Shown here: piece by piece, positions 17,649 to 27,586 of the stretch | Position numbering within the stretch: position 1 is the first letter of the stretch | Layout: each line of letters starts with the position of its first letter | NCBI GenBank assembly: GCA_965204375.1 | Contig: OZ241986.1 | Span: 4,800,001 to 4,864,000 of the forward strand | DNA length: 64,000 nucleotides | From: Candidatus Latescibacterota bacterium | GTDB taxonomy: Bacteria; Latescibacterota; UBA2968 | Reading direction: 5' to 3' | The notes under the pieces: model-generated | Database searches by the model: none | What the model was told of the DNA's origin: nothing | The model's input: only the letters and a program-made list of their open reading frames with translations | Translations under genes and position numbers: made by a program

Positions 17649-17795
17649 GTGTTATAGGCCAAAATACAGTAGATGTAAATACTGTCCGTAACATTTTGTT
17701 TTTCAAAAACTTAAAGTTTAAATTATCGGAATTTAAAAAAATAACTTGCTGAAATCAAAAAAGTGAGCCATTGCACAAACAAAAATGCCCTGCAC

Positions 17796-17820
17796 TATTC
17801 GGCATTTCGGCTATTTCATC
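17796..17820 (+). repeat. 25-bp direct repeat copy 1 (att-like)
   Basis: TATTCGGCATTTCGGCTATTTCATC, identical to 19401-19425. Confidence 0.9.
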
Positions 17821-17879
17821 TGGTCAAATACCAAATAGAGCCGCAACACTTCATTGCCCTTTATTTCCGATAAGTGGAT

Positions 17880-18067
17880 GCGTCAAGGATGGCAGTGCCC
17901 GCATTGGATCGGCGCAGTCCCTCGCAACAGCGGGTGCATCGGTTGTCGAAATGCAAATCGCAGGGCGATGGCGCGATACATCTATGCCCGCGCACTATGC
18001 CCGCGCCCAACTCGCCGGCACTGGCGCCGTAGCGCGGTTGCGATATGGATGTGAAAAGAAACAATAA
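17880..18067 (+). pseudogene. C-terminal remnant of Cre-like tyrosine recombinase
   Basis: SARIGSAQSLATAGAS...QIAGRWRDTSMPAHYAR carries (H)xxR, W and catalytic Y region only. Confidence 0.78.
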
Positions 18068-18095
18068 AGCCCCGTATAGTGCGGGGCTTTATTGT
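18061..18095. terminator. Bidirectional terminator
   Basis: ACAATAAAGCCCCG-7 nt-CGGGGCTTTATTGT perfect 14-bp stem between convergent genes. Confidence 0.85.
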
Positions 18096-18123
18096 AATCT
18101 TTCATCACATTATTTTTTCCTTT

Positions 18124-18828
18124 TCAAAACCTTGATACCTCAATCGTTACTAAGCCGTCTCTATTTTCTTTAATAGATGGAGATGGCGCAATATCAGAGG
18201 GCATAGGAACTAAGCGGTTATACACAAAGGGCTTTTCCACGAAAATTCCGAGGCATCGGTATTCAGGATAAGCTTCCACTTTGATAACCTGAGCACTGGG
18301 TAAATAGGTCCGGACAACATACGCAGAATCATCCTTCGAAATTGAGGTGCTATAGTAGGCATCTATCATCTGGATGAAATCTATGTCATAAGATAACCCA
18401 GGGAGATAAACACCTGTGTCTTCTCGAACATAGCTACCCGATAAATATTCTTCGTAATTCTCTTTATAATTCTGATTGAGCTTCCTAATGATCTTCTCGA
18501 TATTATCGCGTAATTCCTCATTATCGCGTAACGGCTTGGAGAATTGCTTAAACAATTCCTCGCGTGATTTCTCATATTTTTTTTCATGAAATTTTACAGT
18601 TTTTTTTATAAAGAAACGTCTGATTCCGTTTCCACCAACAAAATGTCTCAGAAACTCAGAAGGAATGATAAGGGCTAAAGAGATCAATACGACATTGTAA
18701 ATAATCTCGTCTGTAAGCTCATTAGACCACCCCACATACAAAAAGCAGATAAACCCTACGATGAGGAGTTCTCCAAACAGCCAACGCGAGGAGGGAGCAA
18801 AGATTTTTGAAGGTGTATCAGGATTCAT
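18124..18828 (-). CDS. Hypothetical membrane protein (two N-terminal TM helices)
   Basis: 234 aa AT-rich ORF overlapping upstream gene end. Confidence 0.7.
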   Translation of the reverse strand: MNPDTPSKIFAPSSRWLFGELLIVGFICFLYVGWSNELTDEIIYNVVLISLALIIPSEFLRHFVGGNGIRRFFIKKTVKFHEKKYEKSREELFKQFSKPLRDNEELRDNIEKIIRKLNQNYKENYEEYLSGSYVREDTGVYLPGLSYDIDFIQMIDAYYSTSISKDDSAYVVRTYLPSAQVIKVEAYPEYRCLGIFVEKPFVYNRLVPMPSDIAPSPSIKENRDGLVTIEVSRF

Positions 18829-19150
18829 TTCTAAATTCTTTCCATTGCTTTTTCATGGTTTTTAATAAGGTAAAAACAGCATTTGTGATGATAGAAACCA
18901 AAGCCACGATATCAAAAATCGTCACCAGGGTTTTGGTAAATTGCAAAGGAAAATAAGATTCAACCTCTCCAGGATTTTCTTCTACAGGTATTATCTCGTG
19001 TAGCCAGAGGACACAGACACGAAATATCCTGAGACCTGCTACCACTACCAGAACTGAAAAAATATCTTTAAAGAAATCAAATAGGAAATTGAAGCGAGGA
19101 TACTTTTCTCTTTGGCTCCTCCAGGATTGAAACAATCGCAAAATATTCAT
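18818..19150 (-). CDS. Hypothetical small membrane protein (two TM helices)
   Basis: 110 aa AT-rich ORF, coupled to downstream gene. Confidence 0.65.
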   Translation of the reverse strand: MNILRLFQSWRSQREKYPRFNFLFDFFKDIFSVLVVVAGLRIFRVCVLWLHEIIPVEENPGEVESYFPLQFTKTLVTIFDIVALVSIITNAVFTLLKTMKKQWKEFRNES

Positions 19151-19400
19151 ATAAAACCATTTGTGTACTAAAATACCCGATAGCCTCTCCTAACGCAAAT
19201 TCTGTAGCCCTTGTTAGGAATGTTGTGCTTAATTGAAATATAACCCTAAAAGGTAATATTAGCCAAATAGATTTCTTGCCCAGGTAGCTCGGTCAAGCTG
19301 GTCAACACGATCTATTCTCAGTCTGAAACGCCTCTATTGCGACCCTGTAGAGTTTCTGCGATCTCATAAGAGGGCATAGCTAAACAATACTGTCCTGCGA

Positions 19401-19425
19401 TATTCGGCATTTCGGCTATTTCATC
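19401..19425 (+). repeat. 25-bp direct repeat copy 2 (att-like)
   Basis: Identical to 17796-17820. Confidence 0.9.
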
Positions 19426-19543
19426 AATTTGTGAATCCAAAGCACTTGTATAAGCGTGTAACACTCCTAAGACCCTGTATAATTTTCTTGTCACAGACCA
19501 CAATTTTCGTTATTTATATATCTTAGATTCACAATCATTATAG

Positions 19544-19579
19544 TGTAAATAAATGTAAATAATGTAAATAAATGTAAAC
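19544..19579 (+). repeat. Four TGTAAA units with about 10-bp period upstream of DUF1552 gene
   Basis: tgtaaataaa tgtaaataa tgtaaataaa tgtaaac. Confidence 0.8.
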
Positions 19580-19601
19580 CGCAAAGGAAAAGGAGCCCCC
19601 C

Positions 19602-20873
19602 ATGAAATCACTGAACCGGCGCACATTTCTCAGGAATGCAGGTGTTTGTCTGGCATTGCCGTTTTTAGACGCCATGATCCCCGTGGGCCGGGCTGCGAGT
19701 CAGGCATTTGCCCTTGCCCGCGAACAGGCCGCAAAGCGGCTGGTATGTATTGGCAATCCCTTCGGAATGATCCCCGAGCGATTCTTCCCAACGGGAAGTG
19801 GAGCAAATTACACACTCCCTTCACTCCTGCAACCACTATCAGCGCACCAGCGAGATTTCACAATCTTCTCCAACCTGGACCACGGCGTAACCGGCGGACA
19901 CCGCACCGCGCATACATTCTTGAGCGGCATCCGCATCAAAGACGCGAAAATGATGCCCGAAGGCAACATCAGCATCGATCAAAAAGCCGCGGAATTTGTG
20001 GGCGTCAACACGCGGTTCCCCTCGTTAAACGTAAGCATCAATGGCCACTGCGAAATGGTCTGGACGCGCACGGGCGTGCGCGTGCCGCCAATTAACAATC
20101 CCCAAAAAGTATTCCAGGCACTCTTTGTAGATACCACCGCACAGGAAAAAGAACGGCGTGCAATCGCGCTCGAGCAGCACGGCAGCATCTTAGACGCCGT
20201 AATGGGAGAAGCGCGATCCTTTGAGCGCAAACTGGGCCAAAGAGACCGGGAAAAGCTGGAAGAATATCTGACCTCTGTGCGCACAGTCGAGAAAAAGCTG
20301 GGCATGTCCAAAGCGTGGCTGGACAAACCCAAACCCCAGGTCAATATGGAAATGCCGGAAAATGGTCCCTTTGTCGAAACCCTGCCCTTGATGTACGACC
20401 TCATTGCCCTATCACTCCAAACAGATTCCACACGGATTGCGACCCTGGAAGTGGGCCAGGGAATCAAAACCACGGACCTGGGCTTAAATACGAATTACCA
20501 CAAATACTCACACCACGGCAAATTGCCCGAACTCATGGAAGGCCTGACAGTCATCGAAAAATATCAGATGAAACACCTGGGCCTGTTCTTTGACAAGCTC
20601 AAAGCCATTGAAGACCCCGCCGGGGGAACCCTGTTTGACCACACCATGGTATTATCGGGCAGTGGCATGGGCAATGGCAGTTCGCACTCCAACAAAAACC
20701 TGCCCATCTTGCTCGCGGGTGGCGGATTCAATCACGGGCAGCACATGGTATTTCCAGAAGCAAAGCCCCAGCGCGTTCCACTGAGCAACCTGTACCTATC
20801 GATGTTGCAGAATTTTGGACTGGAAATCGATCACTTCGGCCAGAGCACCGGCACGCTAAAAGGATTTGAATAA
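19602..20873 (+). CDS. DUF1552 domain-containing protein
   Basis: Tat-like RRTFLR..GVCLALPFLDAM, SIDQ, SILDAV, YLTSVR.VE, H..SHH, GTLFDHTMV, HS.KNLP..LAGG. Confidence 0.9.
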   Translation: MKSLNRRTFLRNAGVCLALPFLDAMIPVGRAASQAFALAREQAAKRLVCIGNPFGMIPERFFPTGSGANYTLPSLLQPLSAHQRDFTIFSNLDHGVTGGHRTAHTFLSGIRIKDAKMMPEGNISIDQKAAEFVGVNTRFPSLNVSINGHCEMVWTRTGVRVPPINNPQKVFQALFVDTTAQEKERRAIALEQHGSILDAVMGEARSFERKLGQRDREKLEEYLTSVRTVEKKLGMSKAWLDKPKPQVNMEMPENGPFVETLPLMYDLIALSLQTDSTRIATLEVGQGIKTTDLGLNTNYHKYSHHGKLPELMEGLTVIEKYQMKHLGLFFDKLKAIEDPAGGTLFDHTMVLSGSGMGNGSSHSNKNLPILLAGGGFNHGQHMVFPEAKPQRVPLSNLYLSMLQNFGLEIDHFGQSTGTLKGFE

Positions 20874-20875
20874 AA

Positions 20876-23341
20876 ATGAAAAAAAGCGTTCTATTCCTCC
20901 TGATTGGCATCTTGTCCTCATCGACTGCCTGGGCAGAAGGGGATGCGACATACAAAAATACCGTGCGGACATTTCTATCCCAGCGGTGTTATAAATGCCA
21001 CGGCGCAGAGCTTCAAAAAGCAGACCTGCGGTTTGACACCCTCACGTTGGATTTTCACAATGAAGATGTCTTGCTAACCTGGCAAAATATCGCCGACATG
21101 TTAAACCTCGGCTTAATGCCACCCTATGAAGAGCCGCAGCCCGAACTGGCGGAAATGAAGCCCGTGATCGACTGGATCACCGCCTCGCTAAAAGCGCATC
21201 ACGAAGCCGAAGAAAGCACGGGCGGACAAACGGTCTTGCGCCGCTTGAATCGGAACGAATACCGCAACACAATTCGGGATCTATTGCATCTGGACATGAC
21301 CATATTCGACCCCACAGATGCATTTCCCCAGGACGATGAAGAACACGGATTCGACAACATCGGCAAAACACTCGTCATGTCGGATTTTCTGGTCGAAAAA
21401 TATCTCGACGCCGCCGATCAAATCATACAACGCGCCGTATTACCCGCCCCCCAACCAGAAGTAAAAACTCACGAATTCACCTTTCCCATCATGCGCAGTG
21501 CCGGTGGATTTTTGACACCGGCAAGCCGCCGCTTGAAACAGGGATACGACGAGATATTCCGTCGCCCTGATGACCGATGGGGATATATGTCCATCGACAG
21601 ATTCCGAAAAGGCGTACCGCATTCGGGAATGTACCGCGTTCGCGTTCTCGCATCTGCACACAACCAGCAACACCCCTACGACAGAATGCTGCGAACAGAT
21701 GAAAATGAACCCATACGCATGGGCATTGTCGCCGCATCCGGGCGTTATGGCGACCTGCGGCAGAGCAACACATCGGATATAACACTGGCCGAATTTGAAA
21801 TGATCGCAGATGGCAAACCCCGCGGTTACGAACGCGAACTCTATCTGGATGAGTCTTATGTGCCGCGGGTCACCTATCCAAACGGACCTGTCACGCTCTA
21901 TTGGCGGAGTATTCTGAGGCGTTACCATCCCCAACTCTACGACAAAACAGACCGACGCAAACTATCTCAACGAGAAGATCTAGAACTCGTACACCGGCAA
22001 ACAGAAGTCGCAGTCATGAACTATCTGGGACCGAGCATTCGCATATACAAAGTCGAAATCGAAGGTCCCCTTTACGATCAGTGGCCCCCGCCTTCGCACA
22101 CGAGCATATTTGGCAAGCGCAATCCCGAAAAAGTCGTACCGCGCGATATTCTGACGCGCTTTGCAACCCGCGCGTATCGCCGCCCGGTCAAACAGAGTGA
22201 AATCGCGCACATCCTGCAACTGGTTGAGCAACGGGAAAAAGCGGGAGCCTCGCGCGTTCAGGCCATCAAAATGGGCTTAAAAGCCATCTTGTGTTCGCCC
22301 AATTTCCTCTATCTCTACGAAAACGAAGGCCAATTAGAAGACTACGCCCTCGCGTCCAAGCTATCGTATTTTCTCTGGTCATCCATGCCCGATGAAGAAT
22401 TATTTGAGCAGGCCAGGAAAAAGCGATTGCACAAACCAGACGTTTTGCGCGCGCAAATTAATCGCATGTTAAAAGACGAAAAAGCGCAGGCATTTGTAGA
22501 GAACTTCACAGAGCGCTGGTTGGCCCTGTACAAAATCGGCGAAATGCCGCCCGACCCGCGCAATTTCCGACTGTACTATCAGGCGCATCTCGAAGGCGCG
22601 ATCAAAAAAGAAACCCACGCCTTCTTCCAGCACATCCTGGACAAAAACATGAGCATCGCGCATTTCATCGACTCGGACTTCACCTTCATCAACCGCGACC
22701 TGAGCTTGTTATACCGCATAGAAGGCGTAGAGGGCAGGGAATTTCGCAAAGTAAAACTCGACGACCCCAAACGCGGTGGCCTATTGGGACACGCCAGCGT
22801 ATTGACGGCAACATCGAACGGAATCGAAACATCGCCCGTGGTGCGCGGGGTATGGGTATTGGAAAACATATTGGGCATAACACCCCCACCTCCACTGCCC
22901 GATATCGAACCGCTCGAACCCGATATTCGGGGATCGACGACCATTCGCCAGCAATTGGCAAGCCATCGTGAAATCGCCACCTGTAACGAATGCCATCGCC
23001 ACATCGATCCCATAGGCTTTGCACTGGAAAATTACAATCCCATAGGCGCGTGGCGATATGGTTACGGTCCCAAAAAACCAAAAATAGATGCGTCAGATGT
23101 CCTATCCGACGGCAGCAAATTCGATGACTTTGTGGGCTTTAAGAAAATTTTAATGCAAAAGAAAGACCAATTTGCCCGCTGCCTGACCGAAAAGATGCTC
23201 ACCTACGCGACTGGACGCACATTGGAAGCTACAGATCGTCCCGAAGTGGATCGCATCGTACACAATTTGAAAACACAGGGTTATGGCCTAAAAGACCTGG
23301 TCATGCTCGTGGCGACGAGTGAGCCATTCTTGACCAAATAA
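20876..23341 (+). CDS. DUF1592/1588/1585 (PSD) protein with cytochrome c motifs
   Basis: CYKCHG, MPP, LRRLNRNEY.NTIRDL, GFDNIG, LSYFLWSSMPD, RGGLL, TSPVVRGVWV, CNECH..IDPIGFALE. Confidence 0.92.
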   Translation: MKKSVLFLLIGILSSSTAWAEGDATYKNTVRTFLSQRCYKCHGAELQKADLRFDTLTLDFHNEDVLLTWQNIADMLNLGLMPPYEEPQPELAEMKPVIDWITASLKAHHEAEESTGGQTVLRRLNRNEYRNTIRDLLHLDMTIFDPTDAFPQDDEEHGFDNIGKTLVMSDFLVEKYLDAADQIIQRAVLPAPQPEVKTHEFTFPIMRSAGGFLTPASRRLKQGYDEIFRRPDDRWGYMSIDRFRKGVPHSGMYRVRVLASAHNQQHPYDRMLRTDENEPIRMGIVAASGRYGDLRQSNTSDITLAEFEMIADGKPRGYERELYLDESYVPRVTYPNGPVTLYWRSILRRYHPQLYDKTDRRKLSQREDLELVHRQTEVAVMNYLGPSIRIYKVEIEGPLYDQWPPPSHTSIFGKRNPEKVVPRDILTRFATRAYRRPVKQSEIAHILQLVEQREKAGASRVQAIKMGLKAILCSPNFLYLYENEGQLEDYALASKLSYFLWSSMPDEELFEQARKKRLHKPDVLRAQINRMLKDEKAQAFVENFTERWLALYKIGEMPPDPRNFRLYYQAHLEGAIKKETHAFFQHILDKNMSIAHFIDSDFTFINRDLSLLYRIEGVEGREFRKVKLDDPKRGGLLGHASVLTATSNGIETSPVVRGVWVLENILGITPPPPLPDIEPLEPDIRGSTTIRQQLASHREIATCNECHRHIDPIGFALENYNPIGAWRYGYGPKKPKIDASDVLSDGSKFDDFVGFKKILMQKKDQFARCLTEKMLTYATGRTLEATDRPEVDRIVHNLKTQGYGLKDLVMLVATSEPFLTK

Positions 23342-23363
23342 GTCGCCAACTTTGCATAAGGAC

Positions 23364-23403
23364 AAACAAAAAGCTCTGGTGTTATTGCCAGAGCTTTTTG
23401 TTT
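23364..23403. terminator. Bidirectional terminator
   Basis: AAACAAAAAGCTCTGG-8 nt-CCAGAGCTTTTTGTTT. Confidence 0.9.
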
Positions 23404-23431
23404 AGTTGAATTTTCACAGATTGTACAAACT

Positions 23432-23875
23432 CTACCGACCTGACAACATAAAATATGAGTTCCGAGCCAGAATATCTACCCCGTATTTTCCCGAGCCGAC
23501 AAATACAAACATCCCTGTAATCGCCAGGTACAGAAATGCCATCTCCTTCGTGCTGAATGGATCCGCTGCGTGTTGTAAGAACCCGGCCACCAGCATGGTA
23601 GAGCATATCAAAAACGCCCCAGGTCGCGTGAGTAAACCCAGTGCCAGCAACAGCCCGCCGCCAAACTCCGAAAAGGCTGCCACCCAGGCAAAAAACTCGG
23701 GAAAGGGAAACCCCATATCTCCCGTAGTGGTCACAAACCCCTCGGAAGGTGGGAGCTTTCCCAATCCATGTCCCAATGCCATACTCAACCCTGCAAATAC
23801 CCTGAGAATCGCCAACCCGACATTTGCTGGAATCGACTCAATAACCGCTCCACCAAACAGAAATTGCTTGATCAT
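23432..23875 (-). CDS. DoxX family membrane protein
   Basis: LRVFAGL.MALGHG..K, EFGGGLLLALGLLTR, GSGKYGVD. Confidence 0.9.
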   Translation of the reverse strand: MIKQFLFGGAVIESIPANVGLAILRVFAGLSMALGHGLGKLPPSEGFVTTTGDMGFPFPEFFAWVAAFSEFGGGLLLALGLLTRPGAFLICSTMLVAGFLQHAADPFSTKEMAFLYLAITGMFVFVGSGKYGVDILARNSYFMLSGR

Positions 23876-24030
23876 ATAATCAACCTCCCAATGGGGATTA
23901 TGTAGAATAGCACGGCCTCCGTTTGTTGCTTGTTGGCAAAATACTCGAAAATTTGTCCAGGAGCAACCGCAAATTTACCGATATGCACAGGAACCCATCT
24001 GGAGGATACTTTGATAGCAGCAAAACATTG

Positions 24031-27000
24031 TTAATTCCCAACCACGCGCACCCGAAGCGTTTGAGCACCTACCAAAAATAGATCGACCTCTTTCTGTGTC
24101 GAAACAGTTTCGGTCGTTTGCTGATTGCCTGGTCCACTGCCTGGTCCACTGCCTGGTCCACTGCCTGGTCCACTGTCTGATCCTGAAGAACTGTTTGATA
24201 CATTGTCGGACATCAGGCCTCCTTCACCTGCCGATGTCAACTGCACTTTTAAGATAACATTTTCATCTATTCCATTTACACGGGCAAAAACATCTTCGAG
24301 TGTCTCATCGCCCCCCACAACATTAGACACCCCAACCAACAGCCCATCTCCGTTCCCATCAGAACTTCCCCCTAATGTTGCGGCAGACCCCACTTTGAGT
24401 TGATAAACACCCGCAGGAAGCGTATCGGGTATGCTAAATGCCAGCTCGATTTCCCGATTCTCACGTCGCCCCACGCGCAGAGAAGTCCTGACAGATATCG
24501 TACTTCCAGCACTGATAACAGTGTCCGCATGAACCGATACGACTTTTGCAAAGCGAGATTCGGGCAATATGTCAACGTGTATCTCACCCTCGCGCATCTG
24601 CAAGGCGTAATCATCTCTTGTCATGAGTTGTACAAGTGTCCTCGCCAGGTCAAAAGACGCACCTCCAATTAAGGGCAAAAGATATCCATTTGGCTCTGCA
24701 TAAAGCCGAGATTGGGTCACCTTTGAATTTGTTTCGACAAAAGAAATATTCGTCCTGATGCGCACACTGTGATTCGGCTCGTTTTCAATCCGGTTGCCCA
24801 AAGGCGAGAACAAAGCGTATTCGACGAGACCAGCTACCGTAGAGGGGTCCGTCATTGCCAGATTGTGCGTAAGTTCGAGCACATACCCCGAAGGAAACGT
24901 ATATACGCCCTTGAAAGGTATCAATTCTGGATTTTCGCCAAGCACACCGCGAACCGCGGGCAAACGATCTTCGGTCAGCGTTCCACGCACCGTTGGATTC
25001 AGCGTTGCAAACTTATACGGCGCAGAGAGATTGGATATTGGACCGAGCACCACTGCTTCTATGATGGGCAAGGACACCGCACCCGAACCATCCATCGGAT
25101 GTCCAAAACCATATATCCGATTGCCATTGACATATGATATGGTTCCCAACCCAGCGACCGTAACCTCACCCAGCATCAAAGCAACAGCCAGTGGCCTGCC
25201 CGCCTCAAAACTGTCCTGATTTTGTGCGGATCTTCCGGCAGGCGTCAATTCACGCTGAAAGTGTGGATCATTCATCTGGTGGTTGGGATTGAATCCCGTG
25301 CCCAGCAAGGGAATAGCCAGAGGGGTAATGCCATTCCCCGCCCAGGTAGTCAGCCGTTTCGCCAATGGAATCGCGCCCTTCATGCCAATTACCCATTCTA
25401 TCGGTGTTGCAAAAAAATAGTACGGCGGACTGTCTTGTTGATTAAAACCATAAGCAATAGCACCCCATGTGCCTTGCTCAGTAAAAACAGGAGAACCACT
25501 CATCCCCTTAGCAATACCGCCAAGCTGTATCAAAACGGGGTCGGACGCCTCAAGCATATAAACAGGCATTGGCGGCAAGAAATCATCGACCACCTGTATG
25601 AACGTCATTTCGAGATCTGCGAGTTGGCCGTTGGCAAATTCGGTTCGCAGGAATACGGGTGTACCCATGGGCATAGAGCGAACCGACTCAACCGAAACAA
25701 TGGGTGAAAGAGAATAGGGTTGTAAGTCCCCCGTGGGGCGTACAACCTCAAACGCACGATCATCGGGCTTTTGCTTATCGAAAATCTCAAATTTGCCATT
25801 TGCCACAACCACCACAACCACAGGGTACATCGGATCGCCCTCTGGATCGAAGGAAAATTGCCCCAAAATCGTGGGTACATCAATAGCGGCCAGAGCATCC
25901 CGAATAGCACCGGAATTTGCTGATTCAGAATTTTTGATTGCCTCTGCGAGAACCTGTACATTGACATACCCCAAAGCGGCCCATGTATCGGGATCAGTAC
26001 CGTATTTTGTGCGATAATTCTGAACAAAGTCTCGATTCCCCGGCGTGTCAGCAGAGAGAGACCAATATTGCCCTGTAATTACCCCTTCGGCTGCGGTACC
26101 AGCCATTTCTATTTGGGTTGACGTGAATCCGAAAATGAGAAAGGGGATCGCATCTGGGATACCAACCTGACGGCCCTGTACTGGAATCTCAACCCGTTCA
26201 GCGGGTCTCGTCCACACAAAGATCGCATCGGGATCCGACGCTTTTATCCGGGTTAATTGTTCGGAAAAGTCAGTATCGCCGGTTGGGAAAGTTTCTGTGG
26301 TCAGAATCTCGACGCCCAAATCGCCAAGTGCCTTTTTGGTTTCTTCATATCCGCTGTTGGAATACAGGTCGTCGCGGTCAACTATAATCGCCACTTTCTG
26401 ATAGCCCAATTTTTTTCTCGTAATATTGACAAAACTCGGCACGGCTTTATCCACAGGAGACGGAACGCGAAAGATAAAATTGCCAACCGCGCCCAGGCCA
26501 GCTGCGCCAGCCGTCGGGCTAAAAGCCACGACCTGCTTTTCTTGCGCGATGGGAAAAGCCGCTGCCGAAGAAGAAGAAAATCCCGGACCGAGAATGACGG
26601 GCACTCTGTCTTGATCAATCAGCTTGCTGAAAGCGGAAACGGCAAGATCTGGATTGCTCTCACTGTCTTCAAAGATAAATGAGATCGGTGTCGCACGGAG
26701 TTGTGATCGGTTGACCTCTTCGCGGGCGAGTTCCATACCATTTTTTAAGGATATATAGATACTTCCGAGATTAACAGGCAGGACAACACCAATGGGAATC
26801 TCCTGAGGGGATGCACTCATCACACGCGCCTTCCCACCAATGGGCAAATTGAGCATGACCTCATACCCGCCATTGATCGGAATGCTCGACCAGGAACCGA
26901 TCTCTCGCCCATCTATCGATGCACGCGCCTGATAATAACCCGTCCTAAGCTCCACACGTACCTGACCATTCGCATCCGTCACCCCCGACCACTGATAATC

Positions 27001-27240
27001 GGCCACCTGCCCTGCAATAGAACGCGCAAACTCTACCTTCGAGCCAATTACAGGTGTGTCGTCTCGAAGCACAGTCGCCACCACTGATGCATTCGTTTGC
27101 ACAGCCAATTTACTCAGCGGACGTCCAACCTGCTCCTCTCCTTCTACCATCTGCGACTGCATCGCCCGTTCGCCGCCACAGCCCCACATCAATCCCATAG
27201 CGCACACCAGCACGCAACGAAGACTTCTCAACTGATTCAT
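24031..27240 (-). CDS. Lipoprotein fusion: Ig-like domain + LivJ-type solute-binding domain + SpoIVB-like S55 peptidase domain
   Basis: LMWGC lipobox from ATG 27240; IPIGVVLP...NGMELA...FEDSES.P...TDFSEQLTRIK...FSFD..GD; GGIAKGMSGSPV...GAIAYG...GTISY...FGHPM. Confidence 0.8.
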   Translation of the reverse strand: MNQLRSLRCVLVCAMGLMWGCGGERAMQSQMVEGEEQVGRPLSKLAVQTNASVVATVLRDDTPVIGSKVEFARSIAGQVADYQWSGVTDANGQVRVELRTGYYQARASIDGREIGSWSSIPINGGYEVMLNLPIGGKARVMSASPQEIPIGVVLPVNLGSIYISLKNGMELAREEVNRSQLRATPISFIFEDSESNPDLAVSAFSKLIDQDRVPVILGPGFSSSSAAAFPIAQEKQVVAFSPTAGAAGLGAVGNFIFRVPSPVDKAVPSFVNITRKKLGYQKVAIIVDRDDLYSNSGYEETKKALGDLGVEILTTETFPTGDTDFSEQLTRIKASDPDAIFVWTRPAERVEIPVQGRQVGIPDAIPFLIFGFTSTQIEMAGTAAEGVITGQYWSLSADTPGNRDFVQNYRTKYGTDPDTWAALGYVNVQVLAEAIKNSESANSGAIRDALAAIDVPTILGQFSFDPEGDPMYPVVVVVVANGKFEIFDKQKPDDRAFEVVRPTGDLQPYSLSPIVSVESVRSMPMGTPVFLRTEFANGQLADLEMTFIQVVDDFLPPMPVYMLEASDPVLIQLGGIAKGMSGSPVFTEQGTWGAIAYGFNQQDSPPYYFFATPIEWVIGMKGAIPLAKRLTTWAGNGITPLAIPLLGTGFNPNHQMNDPHFQRELTPAGRSAQNQDSFEAGRPLAVALMLGEVTVAGLGTISYVNGNRIYGFGHPMDGSGAVSLPIIEAVVLGPISNLSAPYKFATLNPTVRGTLTEDRLPAVRGVLGENPELIPFKGVYTFPSGYVLELTHNLAMTDPSTVAGLVEYALFSPLGNRIENEPNHSVRIRTNISFVETNSKVTQSRLYAEPNGYLLPLIGGASFDLARTLVQLMTRDDYALQMREGEIHVDILPESRFAKVVSVHADTVISAGSTISVRTSLRVGRRENREIELAFSIPDTLPAGVYQLKVGSAATLGGSSDGNGDGLLVGVSNVVGGDETLEDVFARVNGIDENVILKVQLTSAGEGGLMSDNVSNSSSGSDSGPGSGPGSGPGSGPGNQQTTETVSTQKEVDLFLVGAQTLRVRVVGN
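24126..24175. repeat. 12-bp tandem repeat x4 encoding SGPG linker
   Basis: TGCCTGGTCCAC x4. Confidence 0.95.
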
Positions 27241-27421
27241 GGACAACCGTCCTTTCTCTGTGGTGTGGGGCCAGCAAAGCGTGTTTTCAGGTCCAACTTG
27301 CCGCCCTGAACCGGGCTTTATGTCAAGTTCAGGAGGATACCAAAGCCCGGTGGCGATTATGTAGAATAATGCCAATCTTATTCCATATCACGCCGGAATC
27401 CTACTGCGGTTCCCAAAACTA

Positions 27422-27484
27422 CTCCAAAAAGCAGAACTCACCTCTGACCAAACATAGCTTGATAGACATTAAGAGTCAATGCGA
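27422..27484 (-). promoter_or_regulatory. 63-bp promoter/RBS cassette copy 1
   Basis: 57/63 identical to 40319-40381; minus strand TTGACT-17-TATGTT then GGAG. Confidence 0.8.
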
Positions 27485-27557
27485 TCGACGTGCTCCCTCA
27501 ATTGAAATCTTTGTCAAAAAAGTGTAAAAATAAATCTGCAAAAGTTATCGTTTTTGA

Positions 27558-27586
27558 TTGACCCGCCTCAATTTGAATATTACCAT
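27558..27586 (+). promoter_or_regulatory. Sigma70-like promoter for TBDR operon 2
   Basis: TTGACC-17 bp-TACCAT. Confidence 0.6.

Noticed and set aside
19188-19219. Integron attC (TCCTAAC...GTTAGGA)
   Set aside because: Only 32 bp, too short, no L boxes and no integron integrase
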